From positions 4,000,001-4,064,000 of the forward strand of contig OY970368.1 of the NCBI GenBank assembly GCA_963718615.1: DNA of 64,000 nucleotides, in the 5' to 3' direction. The first letter of the stretch is position 1. Every line of letters begins with the position of its first letter. The translations under genes and the position numbers were made by a program. This DNA is from an uncultured cyanobacterium. Lineage in GTDB: Bacteria > Cyanobacteriota > Cyanobacteriia > PCC-9006 > JAAUQQ01. This document shows positions 52,377 to 61,424 of the stretch, piece after piece. The notes below the pieces were generated by a model that was not told the DNA's origin, did no database searches, and worked only from the letters and a program-made list of their open reading frames with translations.

Positions 52377-52916
52377 ATGATGGAAGCGCTGACCTGTTTT
52401 CTACCCGATGCCACAGCAACCCATCGTCTGGGCTCGATCCTCGGCGAAACCCTACCTCCAGGGGCGGTCCTCTTGCTCGAAGGGGATCTGGGCAGTGGTA
52501 AAACCAGTTTGGTTCAGGGGATTGGGGCTGGGTTAGGGATTGGGGAGGCGATCGCCAGCCCCACGTTCACCCTGATCTGCGAATACCTCGAAGGCCGCCT
52601 GCCGCTCTACCACCTTGATCTCTACCGCCTCACCCCCGCCGCCGTGGACCCGCTTTATCTAGAAACCTATTGGGAAGGCGAAGAAGTAGAACCGGGCATC
52701 ATGGCGATCGAATGGCCCGATCGTCTCTCCTATCGACCCGAACGGTATCTTTTAATCACCCTCACCCCCCAAGCCGAAGGCCGCCAAGCCCAATTGCAAT
52801 GGCTGGCAAACCGCTCCGGCCATCCCCCCCTCCCCAGCCCAGAGACCTCAGAATACGAAGCCTGGGTCAAGATTCAGCAAATGCTGGATAGGACGGGTCT
52901 AGCGCTCCCCAGATAA
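52377..52916 (+). CDS. tsaE: tRNA threonylcarbamoyladenosine biosynthesis ATPase TsaE
   Basis: GDLGSGKT, SPTFTL, HLDLYRL, IEW. Confidence 0.93.
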   Translation: MMEALTCFLPDATATHRLGSILGETLPPGAVLLLEGDLGSGKTSLVQGIGAGLGIGEAIASPTFTLICEYLEGRLPLYHLDLYRLTPAAVDPLYLETYWEGEEVEPGIMAIEWPDRLSYRPERYLLITLTPQAEGRQAQLQWLANRSGHPPLPSPETSEYEAWVKIQQMLDRTGLALPR

Positions 52917-52973
52917 CGCGCCAAAAACCGCTATATTGAAATTCGTCTTGATAGAGAGGAACTGGGAACCAAC

Positions 52974-53957
52974 ATGGCTGAAACATTATTGTTTAATGCC
53001 CTGCGGGAAGCTACCGATGAAGAAATGGCTCGCGATCCCAGCGTCCTGGTGATGGGAGAAGATGTGGGCCATTACGGAGGCTCCTATAAGGTCACAAAAG
53101 ATTTATACAAAAAATATGGGGATCTTCGCTTACTCGATACGCCGATCGCCGAGAACAGTTTTACAGGCATGGCCGTAGGGGCAGCGATGACTGGCCTGCG
53201 CCCGATCATCGAAGGCATGAACATGGGCTTTTTGCTCCTGGCCTTCAACCAAATCGCCAACAATGCTGGCATGCTGCGCTACACCTCCGGCGGCAATTTC
53301 AAGATTCCCATGGTGATTCGCGGTCCCGGTGGCGTCGGTCGCCAGCTCGGCGCGGAGCATTCCCAGCGGCTCGAAGCCTATTTTCATGCGGTCCCCGGTC
53401 TCAAGATCGTCGCCTGCTCGACACCCAAAAATGCCAAGGGGCTGCTCAAGGCGGCCATCCGCGATGACAATCCAGTGTTGTTCTTTGAGCATGTGCTGCT
53501 CTACAACCTCAAGGAAAATCTGCCCGAGGGCGATTACATCCAGCCCCTTGACAAGGCCGAACTGGTGCGCGAAGGCAAAGACGTGACGATCTTGACCTAC
53601 TCCCGCATGCGCCACCACTGCACCCAGGCGGCCAAGGCGCTGGAGAAGGAAGGCTACGACCCCGAAGTCATTGACCTAATCTCCCTCAAACCCTTTGATT
53701 TTGAGATGATCGGCGCTTCGATCCAAAAGACCCACCGGGTGATCATCGTTGAAGAATGTATGCGCACGGGCGGCATTGCAGCAGAACTGATCGCCTCGAT
53801 TACCGATCGCTACTTTGACGAACTCGATGCTCCCCCCGTGCGTCTGTCCTCCCAGGACATCCCCACCCCCTACAATGGCACCCTGGAGAACCTCACCATC
53901 GTGCAGCCCGAGCAAATCGTAGGGGCCGTGAAAGACATGATGGCCCTGCAAATCTAA
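52974..53957 (+). CDS. pdhB: Pyruvate dehydrogenase E1 beta subunit
   Basis: [39 protein letters not shown]. Confidence 0.96.
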   Translation: MAETLLFNALREATDEEMARDPSVLVMGEDVGHYGGSYKVTKDLYKKYGDLRLLDTPIAENSFTGMAVGAAMTGLRPIIEGMNMGFLLLAFNQIANNAGMLRYTSGGNFKIPMVIRGPGGVGRQLGAEHSQRLEAYFHAVPGLKIVACSTPKNAKGLLKAAIRDDNPVLFFEHVLLYNLKENLPEGDYIQPLDKAELVREGKDVTILTYSRMRHHCTQAAKALEKEGYDPEVIDLISLKPFDFEMIGASIQKTHRVIIVEECMRTGGIAAELIASITDRYFDELDAPPVRLSSQDIPTPYNGTLENLTIVQPEQIVGAVKDMMALQI

Positions 53958-53981
53958 TCTGGCGTGAACCAGGAGTAAACC

Positions 53982-55391
53982 ATGGGTAAACAACGGGGGC
54001 TGCTAGCCCTGATTCTGGCGCTACTGATTGGGGCGATTATCGTTCTGGTCAAGGTTCCACCTCGGCTGGGGCTAGACCTGCAAGGCGGTTCTCAGCTCAC
54101 AATTTTAGTGAAGCCCACGAAGGACATTCCCAAGGTTTCCGAGCAAAATTTGCAGGATGTCACCCGCGTCTTGGAAAACCGGGTCAACGGTTTAGGGGTG
54201 GCTGAGGCCATCGTCCAGACCGTTGGACAGGATCAAATCTTGGTGCAACTCCCCGGTGTGAGCGATCCGCTCCAGGCCGAGCGGGTGTTGGGCGGTACGG
54301 CCCAGCTGGAATTCCGGGCGCAGAAGGCGGGTAGCGAAGCCCAGATTACGGCGGAAACGGCGGCTCGGGGGGAGATTTTGGCCCAGCAGGCGATCGCCCG
54401 CGACCAAAAAGATGAAGCCGCCCTCCAAGAAGCCCAAGCCGCCCTCCAGCGCAGCGACGCAGCCATTGCCGCGCTGTTTGAACCGGGGGAACTCAACGGT
54501 CAGTATCTCCAAGGAGCCGTCGCAGAACCCGCAGGCACCGGCAAAGTCTGGGCCGTGAGTTTGCGGTTCACGGCCAAGGGCGGCGATCTGTTTGCGCAGT
54601 TGACTAAAAATATTGCGGGGACCGGTCGAGGTCTGGGAATTTTTCTAGACAACCAGTTGATTAGTGCGCCGGTTGTGGGGGCGCAATATGCCCAAACCGG
54701 GATTACCGGCGGCGGTGCCGTGATTGAGGGGCGGTTTACGTCCCAGGAAGCCAGCGACCTCGCCATTCAGCTCCGGGGCGGTTCGTTACCTTTACCGGTG
54801 GAAGTGGTGGAAAACCGCACGGTGGGTGCAACCCTGGGCCGCGACAGTATTCAAAAAAGTCTCTATGCCGGTTTGGGGGGATTGGCCCTCGTCTTGGTGT
54901 TTATGGTGGTCTACTATCGGTTGCCGGGGGCGATCGCCGATCTCTCCCTCATCGTTTATGCCGTCCTCTGTCTCGCAGCCTTCAATCTTCTCGGCGTAAC
55001 CTTGACCCTCCCAGGGATTGCAGGTTTTATTCTCAGTATTGGCATGGCGGTGGATGCCAACGTCTTAATTTTTGAGCGGACGCGAGAAGAACTGCGGGCG
55101 GGCAAAAGCCTCTATCGGTCAGTGGAGTCTGGCTTCTACCGAGCCTTTAGCAGCATTCTCGATGGCAATGTCACCACCCTCATTGCCTGCGCGGCCCTGT
55201 TTTGGCTAGGAACCGGATTGGTTAAAGGATTTGCGCTAACGTTGGCCATTGGGGTAATCATCAGTATGTTTACAGCCCTGACCTGTAGCCGCACCTTGCT
55301 CATGACCGCGCTAACCATTCCCAGTCTGAAAAAGCCCCAGCTTTTCGCTCCCAAGCTGAACCTACCGCTCAAAACTGCTAAATCCTCCTAG
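53982..55391 (+). CDS. secD: Protein translocase subunit SecD
   Basis: LGLDLQGG, RVNGLGV, GMAVDANVLIFER. Confidence 0.96.
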   Translation: MGKQRGLLALILALLIGAIIVLVKVPPRLGLDLQGGSQLTILVKPTKDIPKVSEQNLQDVTRVLENRVNGLGVAEAIVQTVGQDQILVQLPGVSDPLQAERVLGGTAQLEFRAQKAGSEAQITAETAARGEILAQQAIARDQKDEAALQEAQAALQRSDAAIAALFEPGELNGQYLQGAVAEPAGTGKVWAVSLRFTAKGGDLFAQLTKNIAGTGRGLGIFLDNQLISAPVVGAQYAQTGITGGGAVIEGRFTSQEASDLAIQLRGGSLPLPVEVVENRTVGATLGRDSIQKSLYAGLGGLALVLVFMVVYYRLPGAIADLSLIVYAVLCLAAFNLLGVTLTLPGIAGFILSIGMAVDANVLIFERTREELRAGKSLYRSVESGFYRAFSSILDGNVTTLIACAALFWLGTGLVKGFALTLAIGVIISMFTALTCSRTLLMTALTIPSLKKPQLFAPKLNLPLKTAKSS

Positions 55392-55439
55392 CTCGTTCAG
55401 TCCGCTTAAGATTAGTCCTCTTCAATCCGTCGTGATGGC

Positions 55440-56396
55440 ATGAAGCTCCTCATTTCTAAGCAGCGCAAACTTTGGTGGTTGATTTCCGGGATTTTAACCC
55501 TGATTTCCATCGCCGCTATGGCTATTTCCTTTGGGAAATTTGGTTATCCGATTCGACCAGGCCTCGACTTTATTGGGGGAACCCGACTTCAGATTGAGCG
55601 CAACTGTGCTGAGGCGGACTGCTCCCAGCCGATTGACCCGGCTCAGGTGCGATCGATCTTAAGTGAACAGAACTTGGGCAATAGCAGCGTTCAGGTGATC
55701 GGCGAGAACAAACAGGGGGTTGTCATTCGAACGGTCAATTTGGATGGGGAAAAACGAACGGAGTTACGCGATCGCCTCGCGGCTAAGATTGGTCCCTTCG
55801 ATGCCAACAGTGCCCAAATTGATACGGTTGGGCCAGTCCTAGGCCGCCAGATCCTCGCTTCTGGTCTAATGGCGCTGATTGTCTCCTTTGCAGGGATCGT
55901 GGCCTATCTCAGCGTCCGGTTCAAGCTGGACTACGCACTCCTGGCGATCGTCGCCCTTTTCCACGATGTTTTTATCACTGTGGGCTTTTTTTCCGTTCTG
56001 GGTCTAGTAATGGGGCTAGAGGTGGATAGTCTATTCATCGTGGCGCTGCTAACAATTACTGGCTTTTCCGTCAATGACACCGTTGTAATTTATGATCGCG
56101 TCCGCGAAACGCTCCAACTCAACCCAGAGAACTCCATCGACCAGGTCATTGATGATGCGGTCAATCAGACCTTAGGCCGTTCGATCAACACCACGCTGAC
56201 CACCCTTCTGTCCCTCGTGGCGATTTTCCTGTTCGGAGGAATCACGTTAAAATATTTTGCCCTAGCGTTGATTATTGGATTTATTTTGGGTGCTTATTCC
56301 AGTATTTTCATCGCCAGCTCGCTTTTGGGCTGGTGGCGGGGACGGCAGGGCAATGCGTCTCTCCTCACCGCTGAAACAGCAGACTCGCTCGACTAG
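55440..56396 (+). CDS. secF: Protein translocase subunit SecF
   Basis: [36 protein letters not shown]. Confidence 0.96.
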   Translation: MKLLISKQRKLWWLISGILTLISIAAMAISFGKFGYPIRPGLDFIGGTRLQIERNCAEADCSQPIDPAQVRSILSEQNLGNSSVQVIGENKQGVVIRTVNLDGEKRTELRDRLAAKIGPFDANSAQIDTVGPVLGRQILASGLMALIVSFAGIVAYLSVRFKLDYALLAIVALFHDVFITVGFFSVLGLVMGLEVDSLFIVALLTITGFSVNDTVVIYDRVRETLQLNPENSIDQVIDDAVNQTLGRSINTTLTTLLSLVAIFLFGGITLKYFALALIIGFILGAYSSIFIASSLLGWWRGRQGNASLLTAETADSLD

Positions 56397-56432
56397 AACT
56401 TTCGATTGAATGCATTCCTCGTTCAGTGAGTC

Positions 56433-56831
56433 ATGACCCAGCGTCTACGCCAAGCCTTTGATTCCGTTGAACCACGGCTGCGACGGGCCGTGGTTCGCCT
56501 TTATTGGTATCGACAACGGCAGCGGTGGCGAACGATCCTGCTGCTCTGGCTGGTGCTCGTCCCCCTTTGTCTGTGGGGCTTGCGGGAAATGTTGGGGCTT
56601 TTGACGGACTACTTTACCTGGTCTGCGATTCGCTACGGCTTGGCTTATCATCCCCTACCGGCGATCGGTCTGCTGAGTACGATGATCTTGACCACCACCC
56701 GCAGTCTCGCCATGGCTTGGAGCCGATTGATTGGTCCGTCTCAACGTCAGGTGCGGCAGATGGAGGCGATCGCCCAGCAAATTCAGAACCAAGGTAAAAC
56801 CCACCCCCTTCTGGCAGCAGCTCTGGGGTAG
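56433..56831 (+). CDS. Conserved hypothetical membrane protein
   Basis: Two TM helices; YFTWSAIRYGL..I..QG..HPL pattern; follows secF. Confidence 0.7.
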   Translation: MTQRLRQAFDSVEPRLRRAVVRLYWYRQRQRWRTILLLWLVLVPLCLWGLREMLGLLTDYFTWSAIRYGLAYHPLPAIGLLSTMILTTTRSLAMAWSRLIGPSQRQVRQMEAIAQQIQNQGKTHPLLAAALG

Positions 56832-56839
56832 CGATGTTT

Positions 56840-57469
56840 CTAGCTCGATCTGAGGGATGGTAAGCGAGATTGGAGGAGCGATCGCGTATTCACCTGGGCC
56901 ACTGATTCCAGTAAGTCAGACCCAATCTCCTCTGCTGAGCCCGCCTCCTCTTCGGCGGCGGACATGGTGTCATCATTCAACCGACTGCGGTAGGAGCGCC
57001 AAGCCATTTGCACCGCCAAGGGCATCACCCCCACCAAATTCCCCACCAGTTCATGGGAAATGGCCGCCGCTTCAGACTCTGGCAACCATTCGCACAGCCG
57101 CTCGACAATCTGGCAACTGCGGCGCAGGGGCACGGGCGATCGCGCAATTTCTTCTAGGGTACGCAAATATTCCACCCGTTTTCCCAAGGCCCGCTGGCGG
57201 TCTTCAGCGTTGCGCAGCGGGCAAAAGCGGATCGTGCCCACCGGAATCACTTTGTTGCCCCGGAGATCAAAGCTGTTGACCAGAGCCGCACCGGGGCCGA
57301 TGAAATCTGCGTAGTGGGCCTTTTGAATAATGATGCCACCTCGGGCTTCTGGGGCGATCGCCAGCACCGGTCGACTGCTGCACTGGGAGTAGCGAATGGC
57401 GGCCTGGAAAATTTGACGAACCTGCTGGGGAGAGGAGCCCCCTGCAGTCTCCGATGGTGCTGCCTGCAT
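56840..57469 (-). CDS. Hypothetical protein, possibly with a degenerate Crp-like fold
   Basis: GGIII..YADFIGPGA; C-terminal ISHELVGNLVGVMP HTH-like segment. Confidence 0.6.
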   Translation of the reverse strand: MQAAPSETAGGSSPQQVRQIFQAAIRYSQCSSRPVLAIAPEARGGIIIQKAHYADFIGPGAALVNSFDLRGNKVIPVGTIRFCPLRNAEDRQRALGKRVEYLRTLEEIARSPVPLRRSCQIVERLCEWLPESEAAAISHELVGNLVGVMPLAVQMAWRSYRSRLNDDTMSAAEEEAGSAEEIGSDLLESVAQVNTRSLLQSRLPSLRSS

Positions 57470-57576
57470 AGTAGTAGAACGCAAATCCCTGTAAAAGACA
57501 CCCGCTGGATGGTTCAGCCAGGTTAGCTTCAGCCAGGCTTAGAGTACCCGGAGTCTCAGAAGAACTTCGCAAAAAA

Positions 57577-58896
57577 TTATTCAGAGGCCGGGGGATTGGC
57601 CAAAATATCCGATGGGGAAAGCTTATCAGCAGGGGCGATCGCCACGCTGTGACCCAAATCATCGTTGAGCAAATCATCGTTGAGCAAATCATCCTTGAGC
57701 AGGACGGTTTCAACTTCGAGAGGGGCTGGATTGTGGGATGACGCAGTGGCTTCGAGGGATTGGGCGGCGGCGGGTTGCAGGGCAAGGTGATAGCGACGGG
57801 CAGGGGTATCGCAGCGATCGAGCACATCTTTGATCAGCCATTCCTGAATCCAGGTTTTAGCCACGACGGTTAGGGGCAGCGCCAACAGGAGGCCCAACGC
57901 CCCAAAAACACTAGCAAAAAACAATTGGGCAATCAGCGTCAGCGCTGGCAGCAGCGAGACTTGGCGGGCCATAATCGTCGGCGTCAGCCAGTAGCTTTCA
58001 ACGTTTTGAATGACCACATACAGAATCACCACGGCTCCCACTTTCCAAGGGGGTCCCAAAATCGCCACTGAAATTGGGAAAATCACGCTCAGGGCCGGAC
58101 CAATGTTGGGGATAAAGTTGAGCACCCCGGCCAAGAGGGCATGGGCGAGGGCCAGGTCAATGCCCAGCATCGACAGACCAATGCCGCTGAGGAAGGCGAT
58201 CGCCGTCGAGCTAATCAACACCCCCGAGAACCAACTGGTTAAGGCTGCTTCGCATTCGCTAAAAATCTCATCCGCCCGCCGCCGATAGAACGAAGGAAAC
58301 AGCACCAAAAAGGCATGGCGATAGGCTTGGGGGTTGGCCAACAGCATCAGCGTCAGCACCAGCAGGAACAGCATCTGGAGGGCGACGCCCAGGGCATTGT
58401 TGAAAAAGGCAAAGAAATTTTTGGCAATCAGCCCTGCTTGGTCCGGTAGCCAGGTAAAGTCCCAAGTTAGACTGGGCGTGCTGGTTGGACCCACCATTTC
58501 GTTTTTCGCCCAGGCCCGAATCAATCCGAGAAAATCCTGGATGCCCTCGGTCCCCGGCGGCACGAACCGAATCAGATAATCAATCACATCCGGGATGACG
58601 CGGCGAATTTGCTGCAGCCCCACGGGCACCCGCTGAATTAGCTCCTGGACCTGCTGGACAAAGGGCGGCACCACCAGCGCCACAAATAAAACCACAAAAA
58701 TCAGGACACAGCCTAGCGTCAGTAAGAGGGCCGATCCCCGCTGGAAGCCAAATCGCTGAAACCGTCGCACCAAACCATTGGCCGCTGTCGCCAACACCAC
58801 CGCTGTAAACAACAGGAGCAGCAGTTGGCGAATTTGCCACAGAATATAGAAGGCTGCCCCGATCGCAAAAAGCCCAAGCCATTGACCTAATGTCAC
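57577..58896 (-). CDS. AI-2E family transporter
   Basis: LGQWLG..YILWQIRQ, LNFIPNIGP, QNVESYWLTP, FGALGLLLALPL; GTG start. Confidence 0.9.
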   Translation of the reverse strand: MTLGQWLGLFAIGAAFYILWQIRQLLLLLFTAVVLATAANGLVRRFQRFGFQRGSALLLTLGCVLIFVVLFVALVVPPFVQQVQELIQRVPVGLQQIRRVIPDVIDYLIRFVPPGTEGIQDFLGLIRAWAKNEMVGPTSTPSLTWDFTWLPDQAGLIAKNFFAFFNNALGVALQMLFLLVLTLMLLANPQAYRHAFLVLFPSFYRRRADEIFSECEAALTSWFSGVLISSTAIAFLSGIGLSMLGIDLALAHALLAGVLNFIPNIGPALSVIFPISVAILGPPWKVGAVVILYVVIQNVESYWLTPTIMARQVSLLPALTLIAQLFFASVFGALGLLLALPLTVVAKTWIQEWLIKDVLDRCDTPARRYHLALQPAAAQSLEATASSHNPAPLEVETVLLKDDLLNDDLLNDDLGHSVAIAPADKLSPSDILANPPASE

Positions 58897-61424
58897 CGTC
58901 TTTCCCTCCTAGTAACGACTGGCCGATTCAACCCCAGTTTTCACTCCCCCCCTGGTTAACGGAGGTTGTACAACTATATACCCCAGATTCTGACGGACCC
59001 CCTAAAGGACCATCGGCAGGAAAATCAGCAGGAACATTTGCGGCTCAGCTGCTTTGGCAACGGGGATTGCGCGATCGCAAGACTGTTCTGGCCTTTTTAG
59101 ATTCTTCCCAATATTCACCCACCAGCGCTTTTGCACCGGGAACCGAGTTTGGCCAGGAGATGGCTTGGGCGGTTCGGCGGATAGACAGGGCAATCGCCCA
59201 ACGGGAAAAAATCGCTATCTGGGGAGACTTCGATGCGGACGGCATCACAGCCACAGCGGTTCTCTGGGAAGGTCTGAGCCATTGGGTCGAGCGCACCACC
59301 CATTTGCGATTTTATATTCCCAATCGCCTCACCGAATCCCACGGCTTGTCTGAGCCAGGATTGCAGCAGTTGGCAGCCTGGGGCGCAACGCTGCTGATCA
59401 CCTGCGACACAGGCAGTACCGAGACTGAGCGCCTTGCCTTGGCTCAGCAGCTTGGCCTGGATGTGATTGTCACCGATCATCACACCCTTGCGCCGGAACG
59501 CCCGCCGGTGGTGGCCCTAGTGAATCCGCGATCCCTCAGCGCCGACCATCCCTTGGCCGATCTCTCCGGCGTCGCTGTGGCTTACAAGCTGATCGAAGCG
59601 CTCCAGGAAACCCAGCCTCTGGCTCCGAATCCCTGCGACTCTCTTCTAGATCTGGTCGCCATTGGTCTGATTGCCGATCTGGTGGCCCTGAAAAACGACA
59701 GCCGCTATTTGGCCCAGGAAGGTTTGAAACGGTTGCAGAGATTGACGCGATCGCCCCAGGAGCGTCCCGGTGTGGCAGCGCTGCTCCAGCGCTGTCAGCG
59801 CAGTGGCGATCGCCCCACAGATATTTCCTTTGGCATCGGTCCCCGGATTAACGCTGTCAGCCGGATCCAGGGGGATGCGAGACTTTGCGTTGAACTGTTG
59901 ACCAGTCGGGATTCCGTTCGCTGCCAGGGGCTAGCCGATCAGGTGGAGTTGTTGAATAGTCGCCGAAAAGCTTTACAGCGCAGTTTGGAATTGGAGGTGC
60001 GATCGCGGCTCACCGGGTTAGATCTCTCGACCACCGCTGCTATCGTCCTCGCCGAAGTGGGCTGGCCCCTGGGGGTTTTAGGTCTCGTCGCCGGACAAAT
60101 TGCCCAGGAATTCGGCAAACCCACGGTGCTACTCAGCATTGATGAAACCCCAGATCCCTTGACGCGGGGCTCAGCTCGCTCAACCCAGCAAATCGATTTT
60201 TACCCCATTCTTCAGTCCCAGGAGGATTTACTCACAAGCTTCGGCGGTCATCCCTATGCCGCTGGCCTTAGCTTACCCGTTGAGAACCTGACGTTCTTTG
60301 CGGAGGGCTTGAATCAAGAGATGCGCCGACAACTTGCAACCATGCCTGCGATGTCAAAGCACCAAGCCGATCTGGTCCTGACCGTTGCCGACTTGGGCCA
60401 ACCGCTGTTCCGCGCCCTCAAGCTGTTAGAACCCTGTGGTATCGGCAATCCGGTCCCCAAATTACTGATCCGCAACTGTCGTTGTGAAAATGCCCGTCAT
60501 TTCAATATTAAAGACAGCAAAGGTGGAAAAGTTCGCTATATTAAAACCCAATTTCAACTCCGAGATCTTTCCACGACTCAACCCTTTCCGAGTCACTGGT
60601 GGGGTCACTATCGCGATGAACTACCGCTAGGCCTTTGCGATGTCTTGGGTGAATTGGATTACGACAGCTATGCCAAACAATACGAATTCCGCCTGATTGC
60701 CGTGCGATCGGTGGCCGAGCCATTCCATGAAGAATCGAGCAATGAAGAATCGATAGAAAATCAACCGCAGAGGCAGGCGCAAGGGCAGGCGCAAGGGCAG
60801 GATGAACGGCGGTTCGTCCCTACGGGGATGGCTGGAAAAATCCATGAGTTGCTTGACTGGCGCACTCACCCCCCGTCCTCTTCCCTCCAGCCTCCGTCCT
60901 CCGTCCTCCTGATGACCCAACCGCCCCAGTCCTGGTCCGACTTTCGCCCTTGGCTCAAGCAAGCGCAAGCGCAGCAGCGTCCCTTGGCGCTGGCCTATGG
61001 TCAAGCCTTGCCATTGCCTCCCCAGGAAACTTGGAAAATGCTGTTGGGACTCGTGAAATATTTGGTGCGGACCCAGGAGGCGATCGCCCTCAAACGACTG
61101 CAAAATCGTTTAAAGCTTGATGCGGCAACACTGGACTTGGCCTGGGGGGCGATCGCAGATTTAGGATTAGAAATCTATCATCCAGACTCCCAACATGTAC
61201 AAATCAAACCTGTACAAATCAAACCTGTACAAATCAAACCATTGGAAACAGTCGAATTTTTCATGGGTAATCGTCCTAAGATGCTGCTGAGTTCCTCTAA
61301 TGCGATGGATCGGTTTCTTACTGCGTTACAGGAATCCTATTTTCGTCAGCAATACTTTATTGAAGTTCCCCTAGAAACGATTCGACAGATGCTGTCTATG
61401 GATTCTGCCGATTTAGGATTCTAA
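58890..61424 (+). CDS. recJ: Single-stranded-DNA-specific exonuclease RecJ
   Basis: GDFDADG, TCDTG, TDHH, PRINA, GSARS, FGGHPYAAG, LEPCGIGNP. Confidence 0.95.
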   Translation: MSPSFPPSNDWPIQPQFSLPPWLTEVVQLYTPDSDGPPKGPSAGKSAGTFAAQLLWQRGLRDRKTVLAFLDSSQYSPTSAFAPGTEFGQEMAWAVRRIDRAIAQREKIAIWGDFDADGITATAVLWEGLSHWVERTTHLRFYIPNRLTESHGLSEPGLQQLAAWGATLLITCDTGSTETERLALAQQLGLDVIVTDHHTLAPERPPVVALVNPRSLSADHPLADLSGVAVAYKLIEALQETQPLAPNPCDSLLDLVAIGLIADLVALKNDSRYLAQEGLKRLQRLTRSPQERPGVAALLQRCQRSGDRPTDISFGIGPRINAVSRIQGDARLCVELLTSRDSVRCQGLADQVELLNSRRKALQRSLELEVRSRLTGLDLSTTAAIVLAEVGWPLGVLGLVAGQIAQEFGKPTVLLSIDETPDPLTRGSARSTQQIDFYPILQSQEDLLTSFGGHPYAAGLSLPVENLTFFAEGLNQEMRRQLATMPAMSKHQADLVLTVADLGQPLFRALKLLEPCGIGNPVPKLLIRNCRCENARHFNIKDSKGGKVRYIKTQFQLRDLSTTQPFPSHWWGHYRDELPLGLCDVLGELDYDSYAKQYEFRLIAVRSVAEPFHEESSNEESIENQPQRQAQGQAQGQDERRFVPTGMAGKIHELLDWRTHPPSSSLQPPSSVLLMTQPPQSWSDFRPWLKQAQAQQRPLALAYGQALPLPPQETWKMLLGLVKYLVRTQEAIALKRLQNRLKLDAATLDLAWGAIADLGLEIYHPDSQHVQIKPVQIKPVQIKPLETVEFFMGNRPKMLLSSSNAMDRFLTALQESYFRQQYFIEVPLETIRQMLSMDSADLGF

